Shown: positions 1 to 10,154 of the stretch, one piece after another
Numbering within the stretch: the first letter of the stretch is position 1
How the letters are laid out: the number at the start of each line of letters is the position of its first letter
From: Promethearchaeota archaeon
Lineage (GTDB): Archaea; Asgardarchaeota; Lokiarchaeia; Sigyniarchaeales; SOKP01
Assembly: GCA_019058365.1 (NCBI GenBank)
Contig: JAHPZE010000003.1
Location: forward strand, 259,448 to 323,447
Reading direction: 5' to 3'
Length of the DNA: 64,000 nucleotides
Made by a program: the position numbers and the translations under genes
The notes under the pieces: model-generated
Told to the model about the DNA's origin: nothing
Databases searched by the model: none
What the model saw: the letters and a program-made list of their open reading frames with translations, nothing else

Positions 1-2
1 TG

Positions 3-3000
3 GAAGGAAGCGTAAATGCTCCTAACTTAAATTTAGGTTCTACCACTCTTCATAAAAATGACTATAATTGCACTACACTAGATCTCTACTTTGATTCAAC
101 TGAAGGAGTAAATATGACATACGAAATGTTTGGTCTGCACCTACCTACAGATCAAGAAATAAATAGTACTGCTGTTGAAGCTACTTATACTCCATCATAT
201 ATAAAAACAAAATATTTACAATTGCCTCCAACAATCACCGTTTATAAAACTAATAACCCCAACTTCAAATCTCACTGTGATATATTAAATACTATCATAA
301 ATCCTAATGATAATGCTTTTGTAGTCGCTAATAAGATCAAGGATTATCTTAACACATACTTTAGTCTTCCGACGACTATGGAGGAAATTTATAATTATGA
401 ACCTGCTCCAGAAGGAACGGATGTTGTTGAATGGTTTTGTCAAACCCAAACAGGATTATTTTCTGATTTTGCATCAGCTTTTTGTGCTTTCTCAAGAGCT
501 TTTGGAGTAGCAAGCAGATTTGTTGATGGGTTCAATAGTTTTGGGATTGAAGAATTTACTGATAAGAATGAAGGACAAGACTGCTTTGCGATAAAATATA
601 AAAATCTCTATAGTTGGGCAGAAATTTATGTCCCAACTGATGTCTCTGGAAAAGGGAAATGGGTTCAATTTGACATTGAACCATTAAATGTATTAGGAGG
701 CAATTTTACTATAGATGTTGATACAGATAGATTAACTTATTCTAGACCAGATGTAATAAAAATCAACGCTAGTTTAAGCGAGCCAGTTGATAATCAACGT
801 ATAACATTCACAGATTTAACAACTGATGAAGTTATAGGTCAAAATTACACAAATTCGCTTGGTAAAACTTCCATGAAATATTATTTAAATGCTTCTCATG
901 TTGTCGGTGCTCATGTAATTGAAGCAAAATACGATGATGTGATTTTTGACCATACTTATATTGGTATATTAGGGAATATTTCAGTTGTTTTATCGAATAT
1001 TAATCCGAATGTAGTAAATCTCTCTGATGCTCTACCAGATGGAATTAACGTTCAAGGATATCTTTATGATCCTTTAAATAGTAAAAGAGTCAAAAGTGCT
1101 GTAGTTGAAGTTATTTTACTAGAAAGAGGTACAAGTAATGAAATAATTGGTGCATTTAATCCTCCTGTGGTTATTACAGACTCTAATGGCGATTTTGATG
1201 ATTTTTTGGATTTAACTGTGGTTAATTCTGGGCAATTCGAAGTAAGAGCCGATTTTAATGGATATTGGATTATAAATTTTACAACTCCCAGCATTACAAA
1301 TTCAAGCAATAGATTAGAATTAAATATTACTAAAGATCTAACACCATGGTTCTATATTGATGGTGTACCAACAAATGTTCCAAGTAATCCTCGTGTTTCT
1401 AGATACATAAATCTAAATCTCACTGTAAAAGTGGTTTCAGCAAGTTTTGGACCAGTACCAAATAAAGTAGTTTCTTTTTATGATTATTCCAGAGGTGGAA
1501 CTTACATTGGATCTGATATTTCAGATGCAAATGGACTTGCCTCAATAAACTATTTTGTAGGTGATTATTGTGTTGCAGGACCCAATTTATTATTTGCTCA
1601 AATAGGTTTACAAAAAAATTATTCATATTTTGTTCTGAATGAAGAATCTACAATAAATATTATTTCTGGACCATCGCCTAGAGTTATCAATCGTACTGGG
1701 GGTGGAGCCACACAATTTAATATAGTAGGCGAAATTTATGATAGTACTAATAACTCTCTACCAATAAGGTATTCTGAAATTTCTTTATTATTATTAAAAG
1801 GGGGAGCAGATTATTCTTCCTATTTAGTTCCAGGTGAAAGTTATCCTTATCAAACTGATTCAACTGGTACTTTTGATCTCACTTTTGGAGTTACTCCAAC
1901 CACCCCACCAGGAAATTACACGTTAAGATTAGATTTTAATGGAACAATTAGTTTATTCTCCTATCCTTATCCTTTTCCATTCAATTTACCATTTTTAAAT
2001 ACTTCTACGGTTTTTAGTAGTGATCTACAAATAAAGGTCCCAGCTACGTTACAATTCAGCTTTCGGATTAATGGGACTACGTCTGATAATGTTTACAACC
2101 CAGTTATTAATCGTTATGATGATCTCAATCTCACAGCTTATATACAATACGACAGCATTCCTATTGATGATGGAGAATGGGTCGATTTTTATGATATGAC
2201 ACAAGACAACCTCTTTATTGGATCAGATCAAACTAATTCAGGATTGGCCCAAGTTACTTATTCAACGGGTTGGAGTACAACAGCGGGACCGCATTTAATT
2301 TATGCCACATGGAATAATAATTATAATTACTCATATTTCATATTAGATGCTCCTATTATTATTAATCTTGATATCTGTCCTGAACCTAGGAATATCAACC
2401 GTAGCGGCGTGTTTGGTAGAAATTTCTTAATTCATGGATATCTTAATGATTCTCTTAATGGAAATCCTGTGAAATACGGAAGTATTAATGTCCATCTGTA
2501 TGATGGACCCACTGAAGTATCATTTTATCTAAATTTAGAATTAGGATCTTTACAGCTTGGAACTTCAGGAATAATAGATCTCACATATTCTGTTTCAGAC
2601 TCAACTCCAACTAAGAACTATACTTTACATGTTGATTATAATGGTATCTTTACTTATACAAATCCTAACTATCCTCAATCTTTTGATTTATCGTACATAG
2701 CAAATTTTTCTGATAGTGCATTAGGATTCTATAATTTAAGAGTTTTTGATCCTGATGATGTTAATATATACTTTTTCATTGATGGAACCCCAACACAAAT
2801 ATTTTATTCGGATGGGAACCTTCCTGAAAGATATTCTGGAATTGAATCAATAAATTTTTCCGTATATGTTATTCAATATGCAGTTCCAGTTAGTTCTGGT
2901 ACTGTTACATTCACTGATATTTATACGGGTTTAACCTTAGGAACTCCATCCGTAAGCAATGGGTTTGCTTCAATTTTAGCGGATACTACAAGTTGGCATG

Positions 3001-3773
3001 GAGGACTCCATCGAATAGAGGCCCAATGGTCAGGATCTGTTGCTACGAATAATACATATGTCATTATTAATAAAACAGCAAATATATTTGCTAGCATAAA
3101 TCAGGCTTCCATAATTAGAAATATTGACAATTTTATAGTTGATGGCACACTCCAAGAAAATGGAGAATTATTAAGAGGTTTAGTTGTCAATATTCGATTA
3201 TTAGATGCCACTTACAGCGACGTCTCTCTGCTGTATTTAAGTGGATATAAATCAATAACAACGGATGCTCTTGGGTATTATCACTTTGATAACTCTATTA
3301 ATCTTAGTTGCCCTCAAGGACAATATTATATAAGAATTGATTTTAATGGAAGTATTAATGAACCAGGCATAAGTTTATCAGATTATGTGATTCATAATAG
3401 TAGCATACTTATTTCAATAAATATATTAGCAGATACCTATATTATAGGGAATTATGAAACCAACGTCGTTAAGAATGATTGGTATTATGGTGATTCTTGT
3501 TATGTTTATGGATATCTTTATTGGGATAATGGAACCGCAATAACGGGAATGGAAATTAACGTAACCATTAGAGATGGAACTGGGGCTATATTAACTACTC
3601 AGACAGACTTTACCGATGGCAGTGGATTTTTCAATATAACTTTTATTGTTGGAGATTGGCCAGATAATACTGAAGTATGGGTAAATTTCTATCCTGAGGA
3701 TCCAGATAATTTTGGAATTCCTAATGGATTATATATAATATTGACGGAACAAGAGATAAATAGGCAAACTTAA
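3..3773 (+). CDS. Giant surface protein, 5' partial: transglutaminase-like domain (catalytic C and H substituted) followed by about 4 tandem two-domain Ig-like repeats
   Basis: Frame is open from base 3 to the ATG at 114, so the gene probably starts upstream of the window. TGase-like motifs GLFSDFASAF..SRAFGVASRFVDG, YSWAEIY, WVQFD; repeated units such as G.(L/I).D...G.Y.LR.DFNG and F.I(D/N)G...GP(H/N)L..A. Confidence 0.75.
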   Translation, partial: EGSVNAPNLNLGSTTLHKNDYNCTTLDLYFDSTEGVNMTYEMFGLHLPTDQEINSTAVEATYTPSYIKTKYLQLPPTITVYKTNNPNFKSHCDILNTIINPNDNAFVVANKIKDYLNTYFSLPTTMEEIYNYEPAPEGTDVVEWFCQTQTGLFSDFASAFCAFSRAFGVASRFVDGFNSFGIEEFTDKNEGQDCFAIKYKNLYSWAEIYVPTDVSGKGKWVQFDIEPLNVLGGNFTIDVDTDRLTYSRPDVIKINASLSEPVDNQRITFTDLTTDEVIGQNYTNSLGKTSMKYYLNASHVVGAHVIEAKYDDVIFDHTYIGILGNISVVLSNINPNVVNLSDALPDGINVQGYLYDPLNSKRVKSAVVEVILLERGTSNEIIGAFNPPVVITDSNGDFDDFLDLTVVNSGQFEVRADFNGYWIINFTTPSITNSSNRLELNITKDLTPWFYIDGVPTNVPSNPRVSRYINLNLTVKVVSASFGPVPNKVVSFYDYSRGGTYIGSDISDANGLASINYFVGDYCVAGPNLLFAQIGLQKNYSYFVLNEESTINIISGPSPRVINRTGGGATQFNIVGEIYDSTNNSLPIRYSEISLLLLKGGADYSSYLVPGESYPYQTDSTGTFDLTFGVTPTTPPGNYTLRLDFNGTISLFSYPYPFPFNLPFLNTSTVFSSDLQIKVPATLQFSFRINGTTSDNVYNPVINRYDDLNLTAYIQYDSIPIDDGEWVDFYDMTQDNLFIGSDQTNSGLAQVTYSTGWSTTAGPHLIYATWNNNYNYSYFILDAPIIINLDICPEPRNINRSGVFGRNFLIHGYLNDSLNGNPVKYGSINVHLYDGPTEVSFYLNLELGSLQLGTSGIIDLTYSVSDSTPTKNYTLHVDYNGIFTYTNPNYPQSFDLSYIANFSDSALGFYNLRVFDPDDVNIYFFIDGTPTQIFYSDGNLPERYSGIESINFSVYVIQYAVPVSSGTVTFTDIYTGLTLGTPSVSNGFASILADTTSWHGGLHRIEAQWSGSVATNNTYVIINKTANIFASINQASIIRNIDNFIVDGTLQENGELLRGLVVNIRLLDATYSDVSLLYLSGYKSITTDALGYYHFDNSINLSCPQGQYYIRIDFNGSINEPGISLSDYVIHNSSILISINILADTYIIGNYETNVVKNDWYYGDSCYVYGYLYWDNGTAITGMEINVTIRDGTGAILTTQTDFTDGSGFFNITFIVGDWPDNTEVWVNFYPEDPDNFGIPNGLYIILTEQEINRQT

Positions 3774-3796
3774 AAAAAAAGGTGAAATAAAGCTAA

Positions 3797-5389
3797 ATGA
3801 AAAAATATAAGATTCCTCAATATTTTAACAAAAAGTTGAAAGTTTTTGGAATTTTAATTATATTTCTAATTATTTTAGTTAATTTTGCCTCCTTTACTAA
3901 TTTTAATTTTAAAGCAACTTACCCTAATACAAAAAATAATCCAAAAATGTCCTGGTTTTGGGCAACACTAGAGCTTACAAACCCAAGTGAGGTACATAAT
4001 AAGCGATTCTATCATAATTCACTTGTTTCTATAAAAGGTCATCTTTACAATAAAATTGATGGAAGTAATAAATCAGGAATAAATGTGGCTATTGAAGTTA
4101 ATGATGTTTTAGATATGGGTTATACTGACATTACCGATTCCTGGGGAAGATTTGATATAAATTACATAATTGATCCTTTACTTGATATTTATTCAAGTCA
4201 TAAAATAGAAGTAATTGTAACCGATTCAGAACCGGGTGGTTCTGGGAGTGAAATTGAATATCTCAATTTCTATACAATTGAAGTAAATGCATCATCATAT
4301 TTTAATATAGTTTCGCATGATGATACCTCAATCCCTAAATTATGCGAAGAAGATTTCAATCTCAATGGGTTTTTATATTATGATAATGGATATGGAATCC
4401 CTTCTGTGAGTGTTAATTATTATTGGTTAGCTGGTTCTTCAATTATCTCTCAAGGTTCCTTTCTTACTGGTTCTTCAGGCTCTCTTACGAATCTACAAGT
4501 TCCAATAACAAGTGAAAGTTATTTAACTCTTAAATTCAATTACTCAAATGCTCCTTATGTTAATTACTCTGAAGCTTCTATAACAAATATTAAAGTATTT
4601 TCGAATGTAACATGGGCTTTAACGTTCGATTACATGCCTAGAATAGGAGATACGTATAAAATAACTGGAACATTGAAGTCTAAGACTAATCCTTCTCTAA
4701 GAATAAATGATAGAGAAATCGAGTTTTATTACAACGGAACTTTAAAAGGTACCGTAACAACAGCTTCAGATGGCACATTTTCATTTAGTTTTCCAATTAT
4801 CGCTCCAAATGGGACTGCATCTATTCAAATTCAATTAATACATGATGTTATTGGAAAACATATTAAGTATTTACAATATATAATAGTTCAGCCCGCTCCT
4901 TCAACAATTACGGAAGCACGCCCATTACCTCCATTTTTTTTATTTTCTGTAATTTTTTTTCCAATTTTAGCCGGTATTATTGCAGTACTAGCTGTATTTG
5001 GATACAGATATTATAAAAAACAAGAAAAAGAATCTCGGGTAGTTTCCCTTCCACTTGAATCAAAAATTATTAATCTTAAAATTCTTAAAGATACCGGACG
5101 GTTGGAAGAATCAATATCATATTTATTCAATGCAATTTATATGGATTTAATTAATGCTAAATATAATAGAAAGAGAAAAGAAAATGAAACAATTAGAGAT
5201 TTTGCTATTATATCAGTAAAAGAATTAAAACTAACTCCATCATCAATTTATCCTTTTATTCAAAAAGTGGAAGAAATAATATATGCAAAACCTTATGGTA
5301 TAACTGAAAAAGATTTCTATAATACCTGTGGTTTATTTTCACCAATATATCTTCAATTAACGGGATATAATTTTGTATTAACTTTTTAA
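3797..5389 (+). CDS. Membrane-anchored protein with Ig-like extracellular domains and C-terminal DUF4129-like cytoplasmic domain
   Basis: N-terminal hydrophobic helix, beta-rich middle, TM helix FFLFSVIFFPILAGIIAVLAVFGY, then ETIRDFA...EEIIYA motif. Confidence 0.65.
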   Translation: MKKYKIPQYFNKKLKVFGILIIFLIILVNFASFTNFNFKATYPNTKNNPKMSWFWATLELTNPSEVHNKRFYHNSLVSIKGHLYNKIDGSNKSGINVAIEVNDVLDMGYTDITDSWGRFDINYIIDPLLDIYSSHKIEVIVTDSEPGGSGSEIEYLNFYTIEVNASSYFNIVSHDDTSIPKLCEEDFNLNGFLYYDNGYGIPSVSVNYYWLAGSSIISQGSFLTGSSGSLTNLQVPITSESYLTLKFNYSNAPYVNYSEASITNIKVFSNVTWALTFDYMPRIGDTYKITGTLKSKTNPSLRINDREIEFYYNGTLKGTVTTASDGTFSFSFPIIAPNGTASIQIQLIHDVIGKHIKYLQYIIVQPAPSTITEARPLPPFFLFSVIFFPILAGIIAVLAVFGYRYYKKQEKESRVVSLPLESKIINLKILKDTGRLEESISYLFNAIYMDLINAKYNRKRKENETIRDFAIISVKELKLTPSSIYPFIQKVEEIIYAKPYGITEKDFYNTCGLFSPIYLQLTGYNFVLTF

Positions 5390-5508
5390 ATTCATCATAT
5401 AATAAAAAAATCAAGAGTTAAAATTAAAAAAAAAGTAAAAAGAAATATAAATTGAAAAAAAATTAATAAATAGATATTCTAAAAAAATAAAGAAAATGGT
5501 AAAAAAAA

Positions 5509-5886
5509 ATGGCAAAAAAGAAAAAAAAGCAACCAGAACCAGAGATTAATATTAGCCAAAGATTTGATAATGTTAAAATCTTGGTGGAGTCCAATAGACC
5601 AAAAGAGGCAATCGCTTATATTTATCTTGTTTATGATGATATAATCGATGTCAAGTTTAAAAAGCCAAGGCTAGCACATCAAACGATTCGTGAATATGCG
5701 ATAGCGTGTGTCAATGAATTAGAAAAGAATCTAAAACCTGAATCTGTGTATCCATTCATAAAAAAAATAGAAGATATCATCTATGGTGGAGTGGAACCAA
5801 CAACTAAAGAATTGAATTATACAATTGATTTATTCACTAATTTATACAATGAAATTACTGGAAAATCCTTTACATTCAAACTCTAA
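5509..5886 (+). CDS. Stand-alone DUF4129-like protein
   Basis: Clearly paralogous to the C-terminus of 3797..5389 (QTIREYA...YPFIKKIEDIIYG vs ETIRDFA...YPFIQKVEEIIYA). Confidence 0.65.
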   Translation: MAKKKKKQPEPEINISQRFDNVKILVESNRPKEAIAYIYLVYDDIIDVKFKKPRLAHQTIREYAIACVNELEKNLKPESVYPFIKKIEDIIYGGVEPTTKELNYTIDLFTNLYNEITGKSFTFKL

Positions 5887-5943
5887 GTTCAAATAGTAAT
5901 ATTAGTATTTTAAAATTCCAAGAATAATTAAAAGTAAATCGCA

Positions 5944-7698
5944 ATGGTGAAACCAGGAAAAGCAACACAAAAGAGTATCAATATTTCTAAAGGGATAATT
6001 TTTACGTTTCTAACAATATATCTAATCATTTTTGGAATAATTATTAGTAATTTTACTGTGATTTTCCAACAAGAAAAACCGGAAGTTTTACCTATTATTG
6101 TAACTTATATCCCCATGCTATGTTATTTGGGGTCAATTTTTAGTGGTATCACTTTTATTGTATTTTTAAGAAATACCACAAAACAAAGGGTACAAGAAAC
6201 TCAATCAAGAAAGAAAATTAAATCTGGATCGTTATATAAGCAGGCTCTGTTTGTTGTTATATTTATTTTTGTGTTCATTCCTTTATTTTCTCCTTTGATA
6301 GACGGAGGCACAAACAATCAATACAACTCAATATATAATACTCAGTACTGGAATGGTGCTGGAGACTTTAAACTCGCAATTGAAAATGACGGATATGAAG
6401 TAATGGCAGTACAATCTAGTTTAAGTGCTACACAACGGCTAGATAAATCAATCTTATTAATTTTATTAGGTCCAAATCAATTTTACGATCCTATATTTGA
6501 AGTGCCTTATTTTATTAATTTCTTCAATGGTACAAATTCCCTTCTAATATGTCACGACCATGGATCTACAAGTACTTTATTATGGGAAATTCTAATAGCA
6601 GGTGCAATTGCGCAGGTTCAAATCCCAATAACAATTTTTCCCAATGGAATATTGCGAGACAATGCTTCTTATGATACGACTCCAGAATTTCCAGTTATTC
6701 AAAATTTTGCTGCTCATCCAACAACAGCTGGAATAAGTAAAGTAATTCTTTCACGAGCATCTTGTGCTGTGGGGGGACCTTTTATTGATGCTTTTGGTTG
6801 GACTTCTATAGGTTCTACAACCGATTACGGATTTATTGATAAAGCTCCATTTAATGGAAGATATGATTCTCCCAATGATGATCTTAGTTTAGGTTTCATG
6901 AGTGCTATTACATCAATAGCAGGGTTCGAAGATTTTCCCTTAGCTAACCTTCCCCTTGGAGGTTATGCCCAAAGTGTATTTTTAGCAAAAGATAGCGGAA
7001 AACAGCGAACATTCGTATCTGCGGATGCTAGTTTATTTAATAATGAATTAATTAATGATGCTTCATATGATAATTTACAATTTGGATTAAATATCATTGA
7101 ATGGTTAACATATGTAAATGAAGGAAAAAGTAAGGATGATTGGATTGTAGTGTTTGATGAAGCACATTTAAGACCAGAAGGTTCAAGAGATCTTACATCC
7201 GCAGGAATATTTGGATATATTATGCAGTATATAGTACACTTATCCACAAATCCTATCACATTATGGATTTATCCACTTCTAGCGTATTACTCATTAAGGA
7301 AATACCTTCCTAAAAAGGATAAAAAGAAGGAACAAGAAAAAATCGCAGAAGAAGAAGAAAAGAAAGAAGAAATGGCACGATTTCGAACATCTTCTTTTTT
7401 TGCTCAAAAGATTGAGGAATATAGAGATAAAATGAAATATGGAGATGCATTAAAACTACTTTATAGAAGATTAGAACGAAAATTGCATGGGCAATTAGGA
7501 GGGGTAAAGATTACAACCCAAAAGGTGATAAATTTAGTAGTAGCAAAAAATCCATCAACCACAAAATTAAAAATAAGAAGATTAAGTAAATTTATGGATA
7601 GAATTTTGGCAATTAAAGAAGGAAAATCTAAAGTTAAAACTGAACAAGATTTCGAAGAATTATTTTTCGAGATGGGTTGGGCAGTTAATAATATTTAA
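5944..7698 (+). CDS. Membrane protein with DUF4350/GldG-like extracellular domain
   Basis: Three N-terminal TM helices; SIYN..WNGAGDF, ADASLFNNELI, DNLQFGLNIIEWL, VVFDEAH motifs; lies directly before moxR. Confidence 0.6.
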   Translation: MVKPGKATQKSINISKGIIFTFLTIYLIIFGIIISNFTVIFQQEKPEVLPIIVTYIPMLCYLGSIFSGITFIVFLRNTTKQRVQETQSRKKIKSGSLYKQALFVVIFIFVFIPLFSPLIDGGTNNQYNSIYNTQYWNGAGDFKLAIENDGYEVMAVQSSLSATQRLDKSILLILLGPNQFYDPIFEVPYFINFFNGTNSLLICHDHGSTSTLLWEILIAGAIAQVQIPITIFPNGILRDNASYDTTPEFPVIQNFAAHPTTAGISKVILSRASCAVGGPFIDAFGWTSIGSTTDYGFIDKAPFNGRYDSPNDDLSLGFMSAITSIAGFEDFPLANLPLGGYAQSVFLAKDSGKQRTFVSADASLFNNELINDASYDNLQFGLNIIEWLTYVNEGKSKDDWIVVFDEAHLRPEGSRDLTSAGIFGYIMQYIVHLSTNPITLWIYPLLAYYSLRKYLPKKDKKKEQEKIAEEEEKKEEMARFRTSSFFAQKIEEYRDKMKYGDALKLLYRRLERKLHGQLGGVKITTQKVINLVVAKNPSTTKLKIRRLSKFMDRILAIKEGKSKVKTEQDFEELFFEMGWAVNNI

Positions 7699-7770
7699 TC
7701 ATATTTAAAAAAAAAAATTAAGAATAAAACAAATAAAAAACTAATTAAAAAATAAAGAGGTTATAAATAA

Positions 7771-8751
7771 ATGGAAGCTCCAGATAAAGCAAAATATTAT
7801 GACCATGAAGAAATAGATGTTACACCTATTAGGGAGATTACTCAAGAAGTATTAAGTGAGGTGAGCCGTGTAATTGTTGGTTATGGAGAAATTCTGCAGC
7901 AACTCTTCATAGCTCTCCTTGTAAATGGGCATGTACTCCTAGAAGGAGTACCAGGACTAGGTAAAACGGTAATGGCAAAAACATTCGCAAAAACTCTTGG
8001 AATATCGTTTCGTAGAATCCAATTCACCCCTGACCTACTTCCAGCTGATATTACTGGCACTAAAATATTTGATCAAAATGAAGGTGCGTTTGTCCTTCAA
8101 AGAGGACCCTTATTTGCGAATATGGTTCTCGCTGACGAGATAAATAGAGCTGCTCCTAAAACACAATCTGCGTTACTAGAAGCCATGGCCGAACGTCAAA
8201 TAACCATTGAAGGGCAGACATTAATATTGGAAAAGCCCTTCATTGTTGTTGCAACTGAAAATCCAGTTGAAATGGAAGGAACTTATCCACTACCTGAGGC
8301 ACAAATTGATAGATTCTTATTCAAACTTTGGTTAGATTATCCAGATCAAGATGAAGAAGTAGAGATTATGCGTCGACAAATCTCAGGTGAATCTCCATCA
8401 GTTGATCCAATTACAGCTGGAGAAGAAATTCTTGCAGCTCAGAAAATTATGAATTTAGTATATATTGATGATAGAATTCTAAAATACGTTCGTGATATTA
8501 TACTGAAAACGCGGAATCATCCACAAATTGCTCTTGGATGTGGTCCTCGGGCTTCATTGACTTTAATGAAATGTGCTAAAGCTCGTGCAGCAATACTTGG
8601 TCGATCATATGTTACTCCTGACGATGTAAGAGCATTAATCGTGCCTGCGTTAAATCACAGGATTCTATTAAAACCAGAAGCTGAATTAGAAGGTCTTGAT
8701 GCACAGAGTGTTCTTAAATTAATTGTAGAAGAAATACCCGTCCCTATTTAA
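7771..8751 (+). CDS. moxR: MoxR family AAA+ ATPase
   Basis: HVLLEGVPGLGKT, RIQFTPDLLPADITG, LADEINRAAPKTQSALLEAM, EGTYPLPEAQIDRF. Confidence 0.95.
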   Translation: MEAPDKAKYYDHEEIDVTPIREITQEVLSEVSRVIVGYGEILQQLFIALLVNGHVLLEGVPGLGKTVMAKTFAKTLGISFRRIQFTPDLLPADITGTKIFDQNEGAFVLQRGPLFANMVLADEINRAAPKTQSALLEAMAERQITIEGQTLILEKPFIVVATENPVEMEGTYPLPEAQIDRFLFKLWLDYPDQDEEVEIMRRQISGESPSVDPITAGEEILAAQKIMNLVYIDDRILKYVRDIILKTRNHPQIALGCGPRASLTLMKCAKARAAILGRSYVTPDDVRALIVPALNHRILLKPEAELEGLDAQSVLKLIVEEIPVPI

Positions 8752-8861
8752 CCCAGTAATTTTTCTCTTTTATGGTCGTAGTGTTTAAAAAAAATTAGAA
8801 GATAAAAAGTGGTGGAGATATTATTTTAGGAGGTAAAGGAAGAAGTTTAATTTTATTTGCA

Positions 8862-10151
8862 GTGTTTTTTCTTACTGCTGGATTTGCATTTGTAAATTAT
8901 TTCTTGATCTATTTTGCCGTGTTATTGCTATTTAGTACAATCATTAGTTTACCGGTTTTTTATTATAAAATGAACGTAGAGGAATTAAGAGTACATAGAG
9001 AACTAGAAAAAGAAAAAGTATTCAAGGATGATTTTGTTCATGTTAAAGTAGTGATTGAAAACATAGGGCGCAATAGCTTTGATTTTATTGAAATTAGGGA
9101 TAATTACAACCCACAGCTATTTAGATTAATTTTAGGGGAAAATTTTATATCTACTAGAATTGGACCGAAGAGTACAATTAAATTTTCCTACGTACTTGAA
9201 CCAAGAGTTAGAGGTGAATATGCTCTCGGACCCTTGTCGGTAATAGTTAAAGATAGATTAGGTTTTAATTCGGTTGATAGAATTGTACCAGATAGTGTAA
9301 CAGATATTCTTATCTATCCACCTTATGAAGATATTAAAAGAATTGAAATTTTAGGCTCAAAAAGATCCTTACAACTTAACTATGGTGTACAAAGATCTAA
9401 GCAGAAAGGCCTTGGTTCAGAATTTTATGGTATGAGAAAATATGTATTTGGAGATCAATTTAGACTTATAGATTGGAAAGCAAGTGCTCGAGCTCAAACA
9501 CTAATTGTAAAAGAATTTGAAGATGAACGAGATGTAACTGTTATGATTTTAGTAGATTCTTCAGAAACAATGGCAGGTGGAGCAATTGAAAATACTAAAT
9601 TTGAATATGCTATAAGAGCTTGCATGCTTTTAACAAAAGTAGCATTAACAAGAAGGGATAATGTAGGTGTTTTTACATTTTCAGATAAAAAAAATTTAAA
9701 TTTCTTGAAGCCAAATAGTGGAGAAGAACATTTCTACCAAGTTTTGGATTTTGTTGCTAGAATAAAACCACAGGGGAAATGTAAATTTGTTGAGGCAATG
9801 GATGATTTTACAAAACGCTTTCAAAAGCGAAGTTTGGTTTTCGTTATATCTGATTTAGAAGCAAATCCTAAAGATATTTCTCAAGCTATAAAAAAGTTAG
9901 TTCCGTTTAATCACACAATTATAGTAATTAACCCGTTTAGTCCATGGTTTGAGATTCATGAAATAGATTTATCTTCAACAGATAAAGCTTTAGCAGAAGC
10001 TATAAGTGAAGAAATGATGGAACACATCCTAACTATTAGGCAGGGACTTCGAAATTTGGGAATAAATATAATATCATGTGGACCTGATGATATGATGAAT
10101 CAAGTTTTAAGTAATTATATGGAAGCAAAGAAAAAGGGGAAGGCGTATTAA
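8862..10151 (+). CDS. DUF58 / vWA domain protein, MoxR partner (true start may be about 8820)
   Basis: GSEFYGMRKYVFGDQFRLIDWKASAR, VKEFE, MIDAS-like VDSSETM, VISDL. Confidence 0.9.
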   Translation: MFFLTAGFAFVNYFLIYFAVLLLFSTIISLPVFYYKMNVEELRVHRELEKEKVFKDDFVHVKVVIENIGRNSFDFIEIRDNYNPQLFRLILGENFISTRIGPKSTIKFSYVLEPRVRGEYALGPLSVIVKDRLGFNSVDRIVPDSVTDILIYPPYEDIKRIEILGSKRSLQLNYGVQRSKQKGLGSEFYGMRKYVFGDQFRLIDWKASARAQTLIVKEFEDERDVTVMILVDSSETMAGGAIENTKFEYAIRACMLLTKVALTRRDNVGVFTFSDKKNLNFLKPNSGEEHFYQVLDFVARIKPQGKCKFVEAMDDFTKRFQKRSLVFVISDLEANPKDISQAIKKLVPFNHTIIVINPFSPWFEIHEIDLSSTDKALAEAISEEMMEHILTIRQGLRNLGINIISCGPDDMMNQVLSNYMEAKKKGKAY

Positions 10152-10154
10152 AAA

